Below, one piece after another: positions 1 through 11,900 of a stretch of DNA of 64,000 nucleotides (position 1 is the stretch's first letter; every line of letters begins with the position of its first letter). Position numbers and translations under genes: made by a program. Source of the stretch: Blasia pusilla (lineage: Eukaryota); contig CM114271.1 in NCBI GenBank assembly GCA_050084515.1, positions 20,522,001-20,586,000 on the forward strand, given 5' to 3'. Below the pieces are notes generated by a model that worked only from the letters and a program-made list of their open reading frames with translations, was not told where the DNA came from and made no database searches.

Positions 1-63
1 TGGAATGAGGAATCAGAAGATTTGAGTGATGACATTCTATATAGCATAAATTAGACTGGTTAC

Positions 64-1974
64 CTTGAACGTCATTTCCAGGGCCTTCTGGTACAATTCA
101 TTATGTGGGTCCTGCAATAAGATAAGAAAAAAAAATTTTAATACTTTTCATTCGCCAAACTCTTTTGACAAGTAGGACTCCTTGTTTTGCTTGGCAGCAT
201 TTTTGCCCAAAGAGATACCACATTGGAGACAGAGAGAGACAATACATTCCATTAAAAGCAGAAGCAGAAGCAGATCCTTTGACATGAAGGGCCAAAGATC
301 CTTGCAAAATTGATATGAAAACAGGATACCCTGGTTTGGCAAAGTAATAAATTGAGACAAATCTCTCAAGTCAAACCCACCTCCTCGAGAGCAATCCTAA
401 AGGAGTGGGCTGCTTGCTTGAAGTAGTCATTAGCTTGATCTGTATCTGTGACTAGGAAGCCTTGAGATGTGTGCGCATTTCCTAAGCACCAAAGAGTGTC
501 ATGCTTTCTTGGACTGATCTTCAATGCTTCTTCCAGCTTGGACACCGCCTCTGCAAAAGAAAAAAAATTCCTCCACTTAACAAGGAGCAGAAAACAATTG
601 ATCACTCACAGCTATTGAAAATACAGTTCACTTGCACAAAAGGGAGTTAACTGTCAATTTCCATACTCAATTCTGCTCATTTGTCCTACATTCATAGAGG
701 GCACCTGAGAGATTGAAGCATTGAATATTCACTCAAGACTGCAGAACTGACATTGATAAGATCAATTACCCACTAGTGCACTTGCTTCATTGTGTTTACT
801 TTGGACGGCTAGTTTTCATTCTAGTGGGCTGGCAGTGAATCACAGTGACGGGCTTCAGCTCATAAAACCTTATGCTGCCCGATAGCTTTAAGCTTGATAT
901 TCAAAATCCTTCAATTCTGGATACAATGAGCCTTACTTCATTGAAAAAACGGTTATAATCTGGTAAAAGTCTGATGCTGTCCGATAGCATTAAGCTTGAT
1001 TTTATAAATCCTTCAATTCTCGATACGATGAGCCTTACTTTCATTAAGAAAATGGTTGTAATTGGGTTTAGTGTCCTAATTTGATTGATGAAATCCTTCC
1101 CATTTACTTAAGTGGCCGTGCTTGAAGAAGCACTATCATGGTCCGTGTTTAGTATGTTTCACATAAGTCACATGTTTGTCTTCAATTAGGAAGGTGAGAC
1201 GACAATATTGTGACAATCTACCAAGTCTACGATGGGTTTGAGAATTTCCTGGATTCGAGGATACTTCGGTCAAAATTACCATGATGAGAAATAAGAAATT
1301 CTGAGAAGAGGGTACGCGACCACAAACCTTGAACCATATTCGCTGAATCTTGACCTTGGCGGAAGTGAGCCAGCTCTAGCAAAGCTCCTCCCCATCGAGT
1401 CAAATTCTATACATAATCACGGACTGTCTGGTCAGTGTTACTAATCGGATTAAACAATTAAATCTTCATTTTCGAAATATTCCTCACCCTAACCAATGAA
1501 GAACAATTCTAAACCTTCAACCTAAACTACGACTGCTTCAGCGAGTGGGACGTTCCACAGGCAACTCCTTCAGGAGTCGGACCGAATCAACCGACCCCCG
1601 CTGGGGCACTACATATCAGCCCCGCAGCCCTGTGACCTGAAGAAAAAACACTTTGACCCATCCACGCATCTACCACGTCCAGAAGTCGCCCCCCACCCCC
1701 AAACAGCCCGAGGCCTCGAAAACAATCCCTGCTCAATGTCTGAAGAGGTCTTAACCTTAATTGTGCATCATCTGGACACAAGAGCCAGCCAGCGAACGAA
1801 TTCTGTCCTAAGCAGGGCAAAGAGAAAACACAATCATATCATGACTAAAGAAAATCAAACCGGGATGCATACATCGGGATCGTTGGGATTGCGCAGATAC
1901 TCCGCGGCAGCCTTCTCACGCGTTTGCTCGAAAAGCATGAGCCTCTCAAGCTCCTCACGTGGTATCGAGTCCAT
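64..1974 (-). CDS. TOM20: Mitochondrial import receptor TOM20 (plant TPR type), first four coding exons; 3' end lies beyond the window start
   Basis: Exons 1974-1873, 1406-1328, 550-381 and 111-64 all have GT-AG ends and consistent phases. Spliced peptide: MDSIPREELERLMLFEQTREKAAAEYLRNPNDPD/NLTRWGGALLELAHFRQGQDSANMVQ/EAVSKLEEALKISPRKHDTLWCLGNAHTSQGF.../DPHNELYQKALEMTFK, matching plant TOM20 motifs (NLTRWGGALLEL, WCLGNAHTS). Confidence 0.95.
872..1062. repeat. Imperfect ~100-bp tandem duplication in TOM20 intron 2
   Basis: atgctg(c/t)ccgatagc(t/a)ttaagcttgat...atgagccttactt occurs at ~872 and ~974. Confidence 0.85.
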
Positions 1975-2559
1975 TTTCGCTGGACTTCAAAACCACAGAG
2001 TGGGATTCACTCCACAGACCTCAGAAAAGTGCCGGTCCGATCTGCCCAAACTAAACAAAAGAACAACAATGGCGTACCAACTCTAATTGAATGAGGTGAA
2101 CACAAGAGAGATCGATTGATCGATTTTTCGCCCCAAAACCCTCAGCTCTCTTACTCCTCTGTTCTGCCTCTTCTCGTCGTTCCTCTATTCCTGGACGGAC
2201 GTGACGTGGGGTGGGAAGGGTGGGATAATGGACGGAGAATGGAAGGACTCATTCAAGCCCTAACTGAAGTGAGTTTAGGTTGAGTTACACTTGTCTCCTG
2301 GGAGTGATTGACGAGAAGGCACTTTATTCGGTAGTCTTCTTGGTAATCATGATACTACTCAGACGGCGATGACGTGACGGTCGCACGCATTTATGAGTGG
2401 ATACTTCGGTAAAATTTGGTGGAGCATGTGAGAATATATGGATTCCAAAGTTGTTTAATGTGAAACTACAAATAAAAATGAGTATTTAGCTCAAAAGAAA
2501 GAAAGGGTTTCTTTGTGGATTACATTGTGTGTAATCATTTTCTCTCTCTACTAGAAGGC

Positions 2560-3015
2560 ACTCAACTTTTGTTCCCTATTTGACATATGTTATGTGAAAT
2601 TGACCATGAGAAGATGAAAGAGTAGACAAATAAATTTCAATGTAAGTTTGTGGAGATTAATATTGGGAACTATTAGTAATCATAGCAAAAGTTGGATGAT
2701 TAAGGAATGGAAACCTGCACAAAACAAAAGGCAAATGGGAGTCACCTTGAATCAATGGGATAAGTGGAATGAAAATTTGATCTCCAATATCTTTTCGTAT
2801 GATGACTTCAAAATCTATCACTACATCAATCAATCACTTATTGAGTATTGTTTGCTTGTGCTTTTGATCCATTCATATTTCGTAAGAACATGCAATTTTC
2901 AAACATAAGAAATGCGAAAGTAGTCTAGAACGCAAGCATGTGGTCAAAACTTCAGTTGGATATGTATGATTCATCCCCTCATTCATAACATAGTCAACAA
3001 TAAGATAAATATGCT
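2560..3015 (-). mobile_element. Decayed Helitron Pif1-type helicase, C-terminal part
   Basis: Minus-strand fragments YPTEVLTTCLRSRLLSHFLCLK, MFLRNMNG, QIFIPLIPLIQGDSHLPF, FAMITNSSQ and SHGQFHI correspond to the Helitron helicase motifs YPxEFLN..GLPPHxLxLK, MLLRN, FIPRI..LPF, FAMTINKSQGQ and FSHGQLYVA. Stops and frameshifts are present. Confidence 0.8.
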
Positions 3016-3028
3016 ACTAAACATAATA

Positions 3029-3235
3029 CATTCTTCAAAGGATGGCTGCTTCCAAGCCCACCTCCTGGTTGTCATCGCTCAATAACTTCCTTATCCACTA
3101 AGTGATTGCTTAAGGACCTTAGCGTACGATCTAGGCTGTTTCCCTCTTGACTTTGGACCTTAGCGCCCAAAGTCTGTCTGTACAAACTCAATGGCCTGCA
3201 TTCGGAGTTTCCTTGGGGTTGGTGAAGCTTTAGGG
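3029..3235 (-). pseudogene. rrn26: Fragment of mitochondrial large-subunit (26S) rRNA
   Basis: ttcaaaggatggctgcttccaagcccacctcctggttgtc...gggctgtttccc-type antisense LSU rRNA sequence, with the plant mitochondrial rather than plastid variant (gaccttagcgtacgatct, agtctgtctgtacaaac). Confidence 0.8.
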
Positions 3236-3331
3236 TATTATTATTTTTATTGTTATTATAATGGCATATATTGTAAATTGAGTAATTACAAAAATTACTC
3301 GTTAAAATTATTTGAAATAAATAATCTAATC

Positions 3332-3700
3332 ATGCAAAACAGAAACTTAAATAATTTTTTATAAAATGGATAACTCGATCGATTTCTATAATGATTATTA
3401 TAAATATAATAGTTTGGTCATCTGTTTTGAAGCATATCCTATTTTTGCACAACAGGTTATGAAAACCCTAGAGAAGCTCTTGGTCGTATTGTATGTGCTA
3501 ACCGTCATTTAGCTAAAAACTGTTGATATTGAAGTTCCACAACTGTTCTTCCAAACACTTTGTGTTTGAAGCGTTGTTAAAATTCCTTATGATATGCAAA
3601 TAAAACAAGTACTTGCTAATGGAAAAAAAGGGGTCTTTAAATGTTGGAGCAATTCTTATTTTACCTGAGGGTTTTGAACTAGCTCCTTCTGATCGTATTC
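3332..3700 (+). pseudogene. petA: Plastid cytochrome f 5' fragment with multiple frameshifts
   Basis: MQNRN...[23 protein letters not shown](R)HLA...[40 protein letters not shown]. Confidence 0.95.
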
Positions 3701-3740
3701 TTGTTTTGGTTTTAGATGTACGTTTTTTTGGAACTGCCAT
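3693..3740 (-). pseudogene. rpl32: Plastid rpl32 5' fragment, with AT-rich upstream plastid spacer to ~3866
   Basis: [16 protein letters not shown]. Confidence 0.92.
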
Positions 3741-3938
3741 AATAAAAAATACCTTATCCTTTTATAAAAAAAATTTGATTGAGAAATTTTTACATATTTT
3801 TTTAATGAAAAAAAAAAAAATTTTATTTAGTTTACAACTAAATCTCTTTTCCATTAAAAAAAATTGAATCAACCACGAATCGTGTTGATTTTTGACGATG
3901 TTTATATTCAATATTGGGTTTTACCAATACTGAGCAAA

Positions 3939-3984
3939 GATGTTGTATGGCTTTTTCTCTTTGTTTCTATATATTGGTGGGGGG
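3939..3984 (+). pseudogene. cox3: Mitochondrial cox3 3'-terminal fragment
   Basis: DVVWLFLFVSIYWWG, the conserved COX3 C-terminus. Confidence 0.88.
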
Positions 3985-4164
3985 AGAGATAGCGCGGAGC
4001 CACGCGCCTTAATCTTAATATGCCTGGATCCGAAGGGCCCCCCAGAAGACCCAAAGGGGCCCTGTCCGACAGGGGACTTGGTTTTGTCCGAGTCAAAAAA
4101 ATATAGATTTTTTTTTTATCGAAGACGCATTTTTTGACCAGAAAACGCGGAACGGGAACCTATA

Positions 4165-4224
4165 TATTTTGGATTGATCAAATTGATACAGAAGTTGTAA
4201 CACAGGAAAACTACAGAAAACACC
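4165..4224 (-). pseudogene. ccmB: Mitochondrial ccmB internal fragment
   Basis: GVFCSFPVLQLLYQFDQSKI (compare angiosperm ccmB VFCGFPMLQLSYQF). Confidence 0.8.
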
Positions 4225-4225
4225 A

Positions 4226-4327
4226 TTTGACCAAATTCTAAAAATAATAAGTCAAAATTATTTAGTTGATTCAGAATTGAAAAGAGTTATTCAAAGAGAC
4301 ATCAAACGATTAATTAGTATTGGTTGT
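4226..4327 (+). pseudogene. rps13: Mitochondrial rps13 internal fragment
   Basis: FDQILKIISQNYLVDSELKRVIQRDIKRLISIGC, open and liverwort-like. Confidence 0.9.
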
Positions 4328-4624
4328 TCACTTTGCCTATGTTTATGAGCTTGATTATTTCTCGATGAGGAGGGTGGGAGGACGTGGCACAAATCTTTGT
4401 TTTCGCGGCTGATTATCTATCATATATAGAGAAATCCAACCTCAAGGCTCTCCGCAGGCCCGTAGTGCATAAACGGCTTTCTGATTTCGTGGCCCTCTGG
4501 TGTTACATCCAAAGGGCGTCGAGCCACCCCTTATCGTGAAGATCCATTTATGAGAAGATAAGTTCCTAATTCACGCTCATTAAAGAAATTGGAAATTGAA
4601 AAGAAAAAAACAAACAAAAGAAGA

Positions 4625-5230
4625 TGATTATTATCTCCCCATGAAAGCAAGACATAACTTTTGCATTTGTCTCGTCAACATCTCAATTTTTTGGAGTCAA
4701 AATAGTTGTATTTCTCAAGAAATTTAATATCATAAAATTGGCAAGAAGCATCTCCAAAGCGAATATCTTATTGCTCTTAATAACCATATCATATAGCAAT
4801 TGTATAAAATCATCTCCCGATTTAAGATGCAAAAATACATCCTCCTTTCCCACCTCCAATAACCAATCACAAAAGCCTTGTTGTTAAACACGCATTTGAT
4901 CAATCATTCTTTGAACTCTCATGTTAGCCTCCAACTTCATCATCTTTACAGATGACTATGATGATAATCTCTTTAGAGTGACTTGGATGATTTTTGAACT
5001 ATCTCCATAATTAACAACAATCAAGACTTTATAAGAATCACCATTAAATATCGTGAATTTTCCATTAAATGGTATTTTTCTTAAATTAATCAGTAGAGAT
5101 AACTTCCAAAATATCTTCTAAAGTATGATTCATTGCCTCAAATGTATGACAATGAGTCATAAGTACATCAACCCATATAATGAGCATTTCATTTCGAATT
5201 AATTATAATGCATCACTACTAATGTTGTGC
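4625..5230 (-). mobile_element. Decayed Helitron Pif1-type helicase, N-terminal part (continues into 2560-3015)
   Basis: LIIWVDVLMTHCHTFEAMNHTLEDI (~LIIWDEAPMTHRxxFEALDRTLRDI), GKFTIFNGDSYKVL (~GGKxxxxGGDFRQxL), LEANMRV...FCDWLLEVGKG, TILTPKN*DVDETN...FHGE. Confidence 0.82.
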
Positions 5231-5469
5231 ACTTATTCCCTTGAGTGTCAAGCTTGTGTGTTGCGGAAGCTTGCGTTTAGCAAGTCACACTCTCATTATT
5301 GATCTGCATTCAAACACTCACATTAGCCATAATTTGCATCAACCAGCCTTGCATCTCCTCAATTTTGATCTTAGGCCATCTTTCAAGCTCACCAAATCAA
5401 GACAAGATTAGATATTAACTAACCTCTTACTCTCCAACATTAGCAAGTCATTCAAGACGTGGGACATAT

Positions 5470-5776
5470 TACTGAAGATTGAGTTACAGTCAAACTCATG
5501 AAACACCTAAACTGCTACATTTGGTACTTACACGAAGTAGGGAAGTTTAATCTTGGTTAGTCAATTAAACGCGATTATCTTAACTAGGGTTAGTTAATCA
5601 CAGTTAATCTAACTCGAGACTAAGGTTAGGGTTAGGGTTGCTTGTACATACCCTATATAATTGAGAAGGGGATCAGCCTCCACTCATTCTCTCATTGCAA
5701 ATTTCGTTCTCCATAGTGGTGTGCGTGTATGAGAGCCGTTTTCCACCATTTATGCTTGTTTAGCAGTTTTTCCACA
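5470..5776 (+). repeat. Copia 5' LTR
   Basis: Direct repeat of 16409-16715 (about 27 substitutions by manual count, no indels), followed by the PBS. Confidence 0.95.
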
Positions 5777-8588
5777 TGATATCAGAGCTATAGGAGAACA
5801 TCACTTGAAACTCTCAGTATTTGAGGAGAGAAGAGAGGCAAGAGAAGGCACAATTTCAGTTTGGGAGAAGGTATTTTTATTGAGAGCTTAGTGGGTGCAG
5901 ACTTCATATTGAGCTTTGACGGTGATAAAACTTTGGAGGCAGTTTTTTAAGGCTTTTCGAGTCGAGTTAGCCATCTGGGTCTGCATACCAAAGACTAGTT
6001 CTAAACGTCGTGTAGAACTCGTCGAGAGCTTTCCAACGCACCCAAAATTGCTCGATTCTGACATTCAGGGCACCTCCAATGGCAATTTTAGTGTAGGAAA
6101 GTGCAATTAGTGAAGAAAAGTTGTGCAATTTGCTTTTTACAGACCAATTCTGATTAGTTCTTTCATACATTTGATCAAGTTTGGAAAATTTCAGGTCAAT
6201 TTACCTGTAGGAGTGGTCTATACTTCAATTGGAGCAGTAGAAAGCTTGAAATTATATTTTTCTTAGTGAAATCGTTCGTCATGGAATATTCCTCAACAGC
6301 AATCACAGGCGAGAAGCTAGATAAGCAGAATTATAATGTCCGGAAGTTTCGCATGAAAATTTTTCTCATGGATCAAGAACTATGGGAGCTTGTCGCATGT
6401 GATGAGGCCAAGCTAGAAGATGACTCAACAGACTTGAATGTTCGCGCCTGGAACAAACGCGTAAAGCAAGTAATCTACTATATTTTAATAACGATCAGTT
6501 CGCCAATGATAGGTTACATTCAAGATGTTGATATTCCGAAGGAGACTTGGGATATATTGGAAAAGATGTTCCAGACATCTATAAAGGCTATAAAGCTTCA
6601 ATTGAAACAAGAATTGAACGAAGTGAGGAAAGGATCGCAGAGCATCAATGATTATATTTTGAGTATTAGACATATTGCTGATCAATTGAATAGCATTGGA
6701 GTGATAGTAGAAGATGATGATCTGATTTTGTTCACTCTTCAAGGCCTTCCAAAGGATTATAAGTCCTTTGAGACCTCTATCTCTGTGAAAGAGAAATATC
6801 CAACCTTTCAAGAGTTAGTCCCATCTGTTAATCAATGAAGAGATGCGTCTAGTAGGCACCGGTAGCTCGTCTAGTCTACAAGAGAGTGCGCTATTTGCAG
6901 GTTATTGATCAAACAGAGGCATGGATCGTGGCAGAAACTTCCGTGGTCGTGGTGGATATCAAGCATATGGAGGAAGAGGCACTCAATATAACGTCGCACA
7001 GTCAACTACGAATCAGTACCACACACAATCATAAGGTGGTGATGGTGGAAACCATTGGGGTCAAGATCAGCAGTAGAGGGTTCATGGATCTTGCAATTAC
7101 TGTGGTATACACGGTCACTATGCAAAGTTTTGATTCAAGAAGAAGGCACATATGAGAACAAGAGCCTTACAGCAATAAAACTATGTGAATCAACAACACA
7201 AAGAGCAGTATCAAGAACAACAAAAAATTCACAAACGGAGCATCTCTTGGTAATGACTCATCATATGGGAGCAAGGGTCAAGAAAGACTCGACAACAGAT
7301 TGGTACATTGACTCTGGTGCATCAAATCACATGATCTCACAAGCTAAATGGTTCAATAGTTTGGAGCTAGTGAAAGATCCTATAATTGTGCTCACAGGAG
7401 ATGACACTCAACATCATATCACGCATACCGGTAAAATTCCAATAACATCAGATGGTTTTTGTGCTCTTGGAAATGTTCTCTATGTTCCTACCATTGCAAG
7501 AAATCTGATCTGTGTAAAACACAGAGTAGAACAAGGTTATCAAGTGAAGTTAAACGGAGATGGTTGTTTCATTGAAACAATGGATAACCAGACTACGACA
7601 GCCAAAGGAATAAGATCAGCAGAATGTTTAAATTAGATGTTTCTACGCTAGAGATTCAAACAACAATGTATGGTCAAACCGGCCAACAAGTCATAGATCT
7701 AAATGTGTGGCATAAAAGAATTGGACATTTGAATCTTCAAAGATTATAGAGTCTTTCATCATTTAATATAGTAATATGACTCCCTAAATTAGCGAGTCCT
7801 GTAATGTTAGAGGTATGTCGTGCTTGCCAATTTGGAAAACAAGATAGATTTCCTTTTCCAAAGCAAGGTAGAAGAGCATCTAGGATATTGGAGTTGATCC
7901 ATAATGATGTGTGGACAGCATCACAACATAGCCTTAATAGTTGCCAATACTTTGTTTCATTTATTGATGACTTCTCTAGATATATATAGATATACTTTTT
8001 GAAAGCCAAGTCACAAGTATTCTTAGTGTTCCAAACATTCAGAGTTTTAGTAGAGAAGCAGACTGGAGAACACATTCTGAAATTGCGTTGTGATGGAGGA
8101 GGAGAGTATCTTTCAACAGAGTTTGATGACTATTTACGTCAGAATGGCATCAAACATCAAGTGACTTGGCGTTACACTCCATAAAAAATGGAGTGGCTGA
8201 GAGGAAGAATTAACGTATTACTGAAGCGACACGAGCTATGTTGAATGAGAAGAACATGCGTAAGGTCTATTGGGCATAGGCTGTAGCATGTGCAGTCTTC
8301 TTATTCAACCGAACTCTAATAGTAGGAGTTCATGATAAAACTCCATTCGAAGTCTTCACAGGAAGTAAACCTGATTTTTCCTTCTTGAAAGTATTTAGTT
8401 GTATTTGTTATGCTCATGTTCCTTCTGAGAGACGTTAGAAATTAGATCCCAAGTCTGAAAGATATATCTTCATTGGCTATGTTGATGGAACTAAGGGGTA
8501 TAAGTGTTACATTCTATCCTCTAGGCAACTAATTATTAGTCGGGATATTATCTTTGATGAGCTAAAGTCATGGTATGCTCCATCTAAG

Positions 8589-8926
8589 TGTAACTCTCCA
8601 GCTCACGGAACCACTCTAGAGTTGCTCAAAGATAGCATGCCCTCAAGGCCTCTCCTCTTCCTTTATATACTTAGAGATAGGTACAATGAAAACAAATTAG
8701 CTCTACCTATCATTATGCCACGTGTCCTACTCTCATAGCATGAGAGAATCTCCTTTGGAGTCTAATGTCCCAACCTCATCCTTATTTCCCTTTTCACCAA
8801 CCTATGGCCCCACTCTCATCTTTATCTCATGTATCTTTTCTTTTCTCTTTTTGGTTGATTCTTTCCCACTTATGCGCTTCATATCATAGATTCTAACTTA
8901 ACTATGACTAACAAAGGATGGTTACA
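8589..8926 (-). repeat. Gypsy 3' LTR (338 bp)
   Basis: Near-identical to 14196-14548 (about 7 substitutions and one 15-bp indel by manual count). Confidence 0.95.
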
Positions 8927-8939
8927 AATCTCCCCCCAT

Positions 8940-11900
8940 TTAAGACACAACGTCCTCGTTGTGAGAACTTTCAAACTCTTGCACTATTAATGGTGCGTTC
9001 ACCAAGTTGGCTGAGGGTTCCCATGTGGCCTCAAATAGTGGATATCCTTTCCATTGGACCAAATATTCAACTCGTTGGTCATGAGCTCCTCGAGTGCATT
9101 TCTTCAAGATACGTTCCATTTCAAATTCTTCATGATCTCCGACTATTTGAGGTAGTGGTGGAGTGACAATATTGTCCTTAAATCTCTTAGGGCGTGGAAA
9201 AAACAGTCGAAAAAGAGAGACATGAAACACATGATGGATTTTCATATGCATCGATAGGTCTAGCTTATACGCCACGGCGCCCACTTTTTGTAGGATAGTG
9301 AAAGGCCCAATATAGCGAGGATTAAGCTTACGAACTCCTACTTATGATAAATTGGTTGTTGCTAACCAAACCTTGTCCCCTTCAAAAAACTCGACATCTC
9401 GATGATGAGCATCTACATATTATTTTTGTCGATTTTGGGCAATAACCAACTTCTCCTTAGTAAGTTGAACCCCTTTCTGAATTTGGTCCACAAACTCATT
9501 AACTGCAGCTACCTTTGTAGGTTCTCTCAGACTTTTCCCTATTCGAGTGAGACTAGAAGGAATTGAGGGATGCTCGCCATGCATTAAAAACAATGGTATG
9601 ATCTTAGTGGAAGAGTTCATGGAGTTATTATATGAGAACTCTACTAAGGGTAACAATGAGTCCCATCCTTGTTGATCCTCCAATGTTAAGGCGCGTAGCA
9701 TATCCTCAATAGTACTGTTGGCCCTTTCAGTTTGTCCATCAGTTTGAGGGTGATAAGCCGTAGACATGGCTAGTTTAGTTTGGAGCAATCCGAATAAAGC
9801 CTTCCAAAATAAACTCGTGAAATAGATTCCCCTATCAGTGATAAGCACTTTAGGAAGACCATGATGGACAAAGACTGTCTCGATGTAGATCCTAGCCAAC
9901 TCGTGCGATCCAGCGGTCTTCTTGGTCGGACGAAGGTGTATCATCTTGCTTAGTCTATCCACAAAGACCACAATAGAGTCATATCCCGTGATCGTACATG
10001 GTAGCTCACAAACAAGATCCATAGTGACTTGTTCCCAACGTTTTTGAGGTATTGGGATCGGCTGCAACAATCCTGCTGGTTTTGTGTTACTAGCCTTGAT
10101 TTGTTGACAAATCCTACAACTCCTTACATATATGTCAACATCTTCTCTCATTTTGGGCCAATAGTACGCTCGTTGTAATCCCTCTAAGGTTTTTTCAGCT
10201 CCCATATGACCCGCAATGACTGTGTCGTGAGCTTCACACAATACTTCAATGCGTAATTGTGGATCTTGTGGGATCCATACTTTACCTTTATGGAAAATCA
10301 ATCCTTGAGCCTTGTATACTCTGTTGGCATGAATAGCCACTGCAATTTCTTCATCCTCCTTTGTGGCTTCGGATAACTTTTTCCACAAACTAGAGTGAAT
10401 CTCCACTTCAAATATGTTATTCATATGTGGTATACAAGTCAAGGCGTCTGCCAACTGCTTCTTTCCTTCCATATAGACAATTTTCATCATGAATTGTTGT
10501 CACCATTCTGCCCATCGAATTTGACGTTTGGAAAGCTCCTTCTGGGACTCTAAGTAGACCAAGGGCTTGTGATCAGTCTCCACCACAAACTCCTTATCGC
10601 CCAAGTAATATTTCCAATGCTTGGTTGCCAACACAATAGCAAATTCTTCTCGCTCAGTTGTATGGTAGTTTTGCTCCGTTGGCAATAGCTTGCGAGAAAA
10701 GAAGGCAATAAGATGCCATCCATACTCCCATTTTGTTGTAGTACTCCTCTAATGCTAGTACCTGAAGCATCTGTGGCCAACTTGATGGATCGATTAGGAT
10801 CATACCACTTCAATATAGGGGCTTTGATAAAGGCATCCTTTAATGATTGAAAAGCAATCTCTTGTGATGTGCCCCAATTCCATTTTTGTCCTTTCCCTAG
10901 TAAAGTTGTTAAGGATTGTGTAATTTGAGCAAAACCTTTGACAAATCTTCGATAGAATCCTGTTAACCCTAGAAAACTCTTCAATTGAGTTTGATCCTCA
11001 GGGGCACTCCATTTTTGGATCGCTTCTACCTTCTCACTCATCACTTGGATACCTTCTACGCTTACTCGATGCCCTAGATAATCAACTTCTGTTTTACCAA
11101 ACTCACATTTTGACGCTTTAGCATACAACTCATTATCTCTTAGGATTTGAAGGACTTCTCGTAGATAATTTATATGCTCCTCTATCGTTTTACTATAGAC
11201 TAAGATATCATCTAAGAATACAATGACAGACTTGTCTAAATATAAATGAAAGATATCATTCATTAGGCCCATAAAGGTTGCAGGTGCATTAGTAAGACCA
11301 AATGGTATGACTAAGTATTCAAAGTGTCCATACCTAGTACGAAAAGCAGTCTTGTGTACATCTTCATCCGCAATTCGAATTTGGTTGTAGCTGCTACGAA
11401 GGTCAAGTTTGGTGAAGTATTTTGCTCCTTGTAGTTGGTCGAACAAATCATCCATTCTTGGTAATGGATATTTGTTTTTGACTGTTTGTTGATTTAGTGC
11501 TCGATAGTCGATACACAGTCGTATGCTTCCATCTTTCTTTTTCACAAAAAGGATAGGGGCTCCATATGGCGAGACGCTTGGTTGGATGAAGCCTTTCTGC
11601 AACATCTCCTCCACTTGGGCTTTGCATTATTCTAATTCTCTTGGAGCTAAGCGGTAAGGAGCTTTACATGGTGGTGTGCTTCTTGGAAGGATCTCAATCT
11701 TGTGGTCTACCCTCCGTTTGGGTGGTAATCCTGATGGTAAATCATTTGGGAATACATCTTTGTATTCCTCCAATACTTCTCTCAACTCGTCTGGTACCTC
11801 TGAATATTTTTTCAAACCATAAACATCTCTTATTAAACCTAGGAAACATACATCTTGATGTTTGATGGCGGTTTTTCCTATTACATATAGGGATAGGGTT

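Larger units (their letters stand above)
3029..4620. other. Nuclear insertion of mixed mitochondrial and plastid DNA (NUMT/NUPT mosaic)
   Basis: Adjacent short pieces of mt rrn26, cp petA, cp rpl32, mt cox3, mt ccmB and mt rps13 in mixed orientations, plus unassigned organelle-like spacers. Both boundaries are approximate. Confidence 0.9.

Noticed and set aside
3513-3867. Chimeric ORFs rpl32::antisense-petA (75 aa) and petA::antisense-rpl32 (84 aa)
   Set aside because: By-products of the inverted NUPT junction; no evidence of expression or selection.
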